Positions 61,865 through 64,000 of a stretch of 64,000 bases of DNA are shown here, piece by piece. The position numbers were made by a program, and so were the translations under genes. The notes beneath the pieces are model-generated. The model was not told the origin of the DNA, ran no database searches, and saw only the letters and a program-made list of their open reading frames with translations. Within the stretch, counting starts at the first letter, position 1, and each line of letters opens with the position of its first letter. The DNA comes from Candidatus Hydrothermarchaeum profundi (GTDB taxonomy: Archaea > Hydrothermarchaeota > Hydrothermarchaeia > Hydrothermarchaeales > Hydrothermarchaeaceae): NCBI GenBank assembly GCA_002011125.2, contig MTMF02000009.1, forward strand, positions 1,064,989-1,128,988, read 5' to 3'.

Positions 61865-62676
61865 GAGTTTTATTGTTAATTATAATATTATGCACCTTTG
61901 ATAAAGTGAGCGTGGTCTACGGATCTGGTATAAGTGTAGAGACCGATATGGTAGAGCCTGTATTTGCTCCTGGAGAAATTGGGAGGTATTCTGTATGGAT
62001 TACAAATAATCTGAAAGAAAATCAAACTATAACTATTTCTCCTGCTGGTAAGATATCTAACTTGTTGGAAGTTTATTTTGAGGGCAAAGAACTCTCAACT
62101 AGTAATTTTAAGCTTAGTACTGATACGACGGAACATCTTGAGTTAATTGTTAATGCTCCGGAGAATCCAGGGATATATACAGGATATCTTGTTTTATCAT
62201 CTGGATGGGGAACCCAAGCGATACCAATATCAGTAAAGGTTATTGATGATGAGCCGTTGATGGATGTTAAGGTGGAGGCTATTACGAAGGAGCTTTCGTT
62301 GGGTAGTCCTTTGAAGTTTTATGTTTCTCTTTATAATCTTGGTTTTAAGGAGAGGTTTGATGTTCATCTGGTGTATGCGGTTAAGGAGTTGGAGACTGAG
62401 AGGGTTTTGACTAAGGTTGAGGAGGAGATGGCTATTGAGACTTCTCTTTCTTTTGTTAGGGTTATTCCGGCTGAGAACCTTAGCTTGGAGGCCGGTAGGT
62501 ATTATATTGAGGCGGCGGCCTTGTATGAGAATAAGTCTGCTTCTGCCGCGGATATCTTCACGGTGTTTAAGCCTTTCTGGACTACAACCAAAAAAATAGC
62601 AGTTCTACCTATATTCGCTGGGTTAGGTCTGATATGGTATAAGAAAAAAACAGGAAATATTGGGGGGTTGAAATGA
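61861..62676 (+). CDS. Small membrane-anchored two-domain protein, mini-paralog of the giant protein's stalk
   Basis: Signal peptide; domain 1 is similar to the giant's (YSVWITNNLKENQ vs YSIWITNHLKRNQ); domain 2 is identical over 117 aa; TM and short basic tail; ATGA overlap with the giant gene. Confidence 0.88.
   Translation: MRVLLLIIILCTFDKVSVVYGSGISVETDMVEPVFAPGEIGRYSVWITNNLKENQTITISPAGKISNLLEVYFEGKELSTSNFKLSTDTTEHLELIVNAPENPGIYTGYLVLSSGWGTQAIPISVKVIDDEPLMDVKVEAITKELSLGSPLKFYVSLYNLGFKERFDVHLVYAVKELETERVLTKVEEEMAIETSLSFVRVIPAENLSLEAGRYYIEAAALYENKSASAADIFTVFKPFWTTTKKIAVLPIFAGLGLIWYKKKTGNIGGLK
62251..62601 (+). repeat. 351-bp exact direct repeat, copy 2
   Basis: Identical by eye to 60353-60703 and read in the same frame. 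Confidence 0.95.
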
Positions 62677-62781
62677 TAATAAATATTCATGGGCATCCAA
62701 AATATGAGCGGGTATGTATTATAGAGAGGGATAGTTTTATAGAGTATTACATATAATTATTTAAAATTGAGGTTTGCATAG

Positions 62782-64000
62782 ATGGTCTTTTGGCGAAAAA
62801 AGGAGGAAGAGGAAAAAGAAGAAGAAATAGAGCTTTTAACCGATGAGGAATATGATGCTGAGGCAGAGTTACAGAAGCAACTTGAAGCGGAGAGGGAATA
62901 CGAGAGGAAGTTGCTAGAGAAAGAAAAGAAAGAAGAAACTAGAAGGGAAGGAGAAGCATTAACTCCTGAGAGCCTCCTCCTTAAAATAGAAAAACTTGAA
63001 GGGAAGCTTGCGACATTTGAAGAGGCAAGATCTAGAATAGATGATAGGATAATGAGGGTTTCAGAGCAAGTAGGCGAATTAAGATCAATGATTCTTGAAA
63101 GAGAAAAATCATTTGGTTTTCTCGAAGCCGAATTTGAAAATATTAAAGATATTTTTGAAACAGTTAAGCCAGATGAATTTGCAAAGGAGTTAGATAGGAA
63201 AGAAAAGAAGATAATAGAAAATAAGATTCTCATAGAAAGACTCGAAGAGACTGTTGACCGCCTTGGAAAAGAGGTTTCAGAATTCAGGAAGTTGATTGAT
63301 AAAATAAAAAGTTTCGAAAACTTGGTGGAGATTGCGCAATCTGTTAGCGAGAAAGTTAGTGCAGTAGAGGAAACAAAAAAGTATACCGATAGGTTATCGG
63401 CAAAGGTGGAAACAATTTTTGCAGAGCTTACTGATAGGTTAACCGAACTCGAAGAAGATAGGAGTAAGATAATAAGGTTTGATGAGCTTTCAAAAGAGTT
63501 GCTCAGATCTCTTGATAACCTATATGTAAAATTAGAAGGAGCTGTTACTAAAACCGAATTATCTGAAGAATTAAGAAATCTTGAGAATTTTTTAGTAGAA
63601 AGATTTGCTGCTTCAGAGGGAATGAATGATAGATTAATCAGCGCAGAGGAGGCTATAAAGAATCTTGAAAGAAGGATTCGTTTATTAGAGCTGGAGAAAG
63701 TCAGTATGGAGATAACTGATAGAATTAGGAAAATAGGGCCTGAGCTGAAAGAAATGCGTAGAATTGAAGAACTCACGAGAGAAAGTCGAGAGATCCTAGA
63801 ACTAATGAAAATAGTTGATGAGGATTATAAGAGAGGAGCAATATCTGAGGAGAGTTATAATGAGATTAAAAGTAAGAATCAGAAAAAACTAGAAGAAATA
63901 AAAGATGCACTAAGGGAAGATTTCAAGAGACTAGAGAAGATGCTTGAAGTCGAGCTGACTCCCCCGGAGGTTATCAAGGAAGAGAAGGAAGAAATACCAA
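62782..64000 (+). CDS. Long Glu/Lys-rich coiled-coil protein (3'-partial, over 400 aa)
   Basis: ATG 62782 after GAGGT; MVFWRKKEEEEKEEEIELL...RVSEQVGELRSMILE...; the frame appears open to the window end, so it is absent from the ORF track. Confidence 0.88.
   Translation, partial: MVFWRKKEEEEKEEEIELLTDEEYDAEAELQKQLEAEREYERKLLEKEKKEETRREGEALTPESLLLKIEKLEGKLATFEEARSRIDDRIMRVSEQVGELRSMILEREKSFGFLEAEFENIKDIFETVKPDEFAKELDRKEKKIIENKILIERLEETVDRLGKEVSEFRKLIDKIKSFENLVEIAQSVSEKVSAVEETKKYTDRLSAKVETIFAELTDRLTELEEDRSKIIRFDELSKELLRSLDNLYVKLEGAVTKTELSEELRNLENFLVERFAASEGMNDRLISAEEAIKNLERRIRLLELEKVSMEITDRIRKIGPELKEMRRIEELTRESREILELMKIVDEDYKRGAISEESYNEIKSKNQKKLEEIKDALREDFKRLEKMLEVELTPPEVIKEEKEEIP

Noticed and set aside
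60353-62601. Diversity-generating retroelement TR/VR pair
   Set aside because: The copies are identical with no adenine-specific mismatches, both are coding, and no reverse transcriptase is in the window.
62757-63776. 339-aa Ser/Leu/Phe-rich ORF on the - strand
   Set aside because: Antisense shadow of the Glu/Lys-rich coiled-coil gene on the + strand.

Overview
This window is archaeal chromosomal DNA, probably an anaerobic euryarchaeote-like lineage, judged from aIF5A, SRP54, L21e, Rpo4, thermosome and a methanofuran gene. Bases 1-14.1 kb hold ordinary housekeeping genes ending in tRNA-Leu(CAA). A small decaying islet follows (a GH113-like membrane protein and a pseudogene), then a HEAT-repeat protein and a B12 radical SAM enzyme. 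The rest (20.3-64 kb) looks like one accessory cell-surface system. Its centre is a 32.5-kb gene for a 10,835-aa protein: signal peptide, about 24 Cys- and sequon-rich three-domain repeats, poly-Gly hinge, Ig-like stalk, one TM helix and a cytoplasmic HerA/FtsK/VirB4-type ATPase. Around it are a divergent 1,963-aa surface protein, a regulatory cassette (AbrB-PhoU, wHTH, KaiC-like ATPase, dead IS6-like protein), a 271-aa ATPase-less mini-paralog and a long coiled-coil protein cut by the window end. Three sequence features tie these genes together: a 351-bp exact repeat with extreme G/T wobble skew, shared upstream motifs (27/29 identical) and a shared cytoplasmic helical motif. All family calls come from motif recognition by eye; no database search was run.
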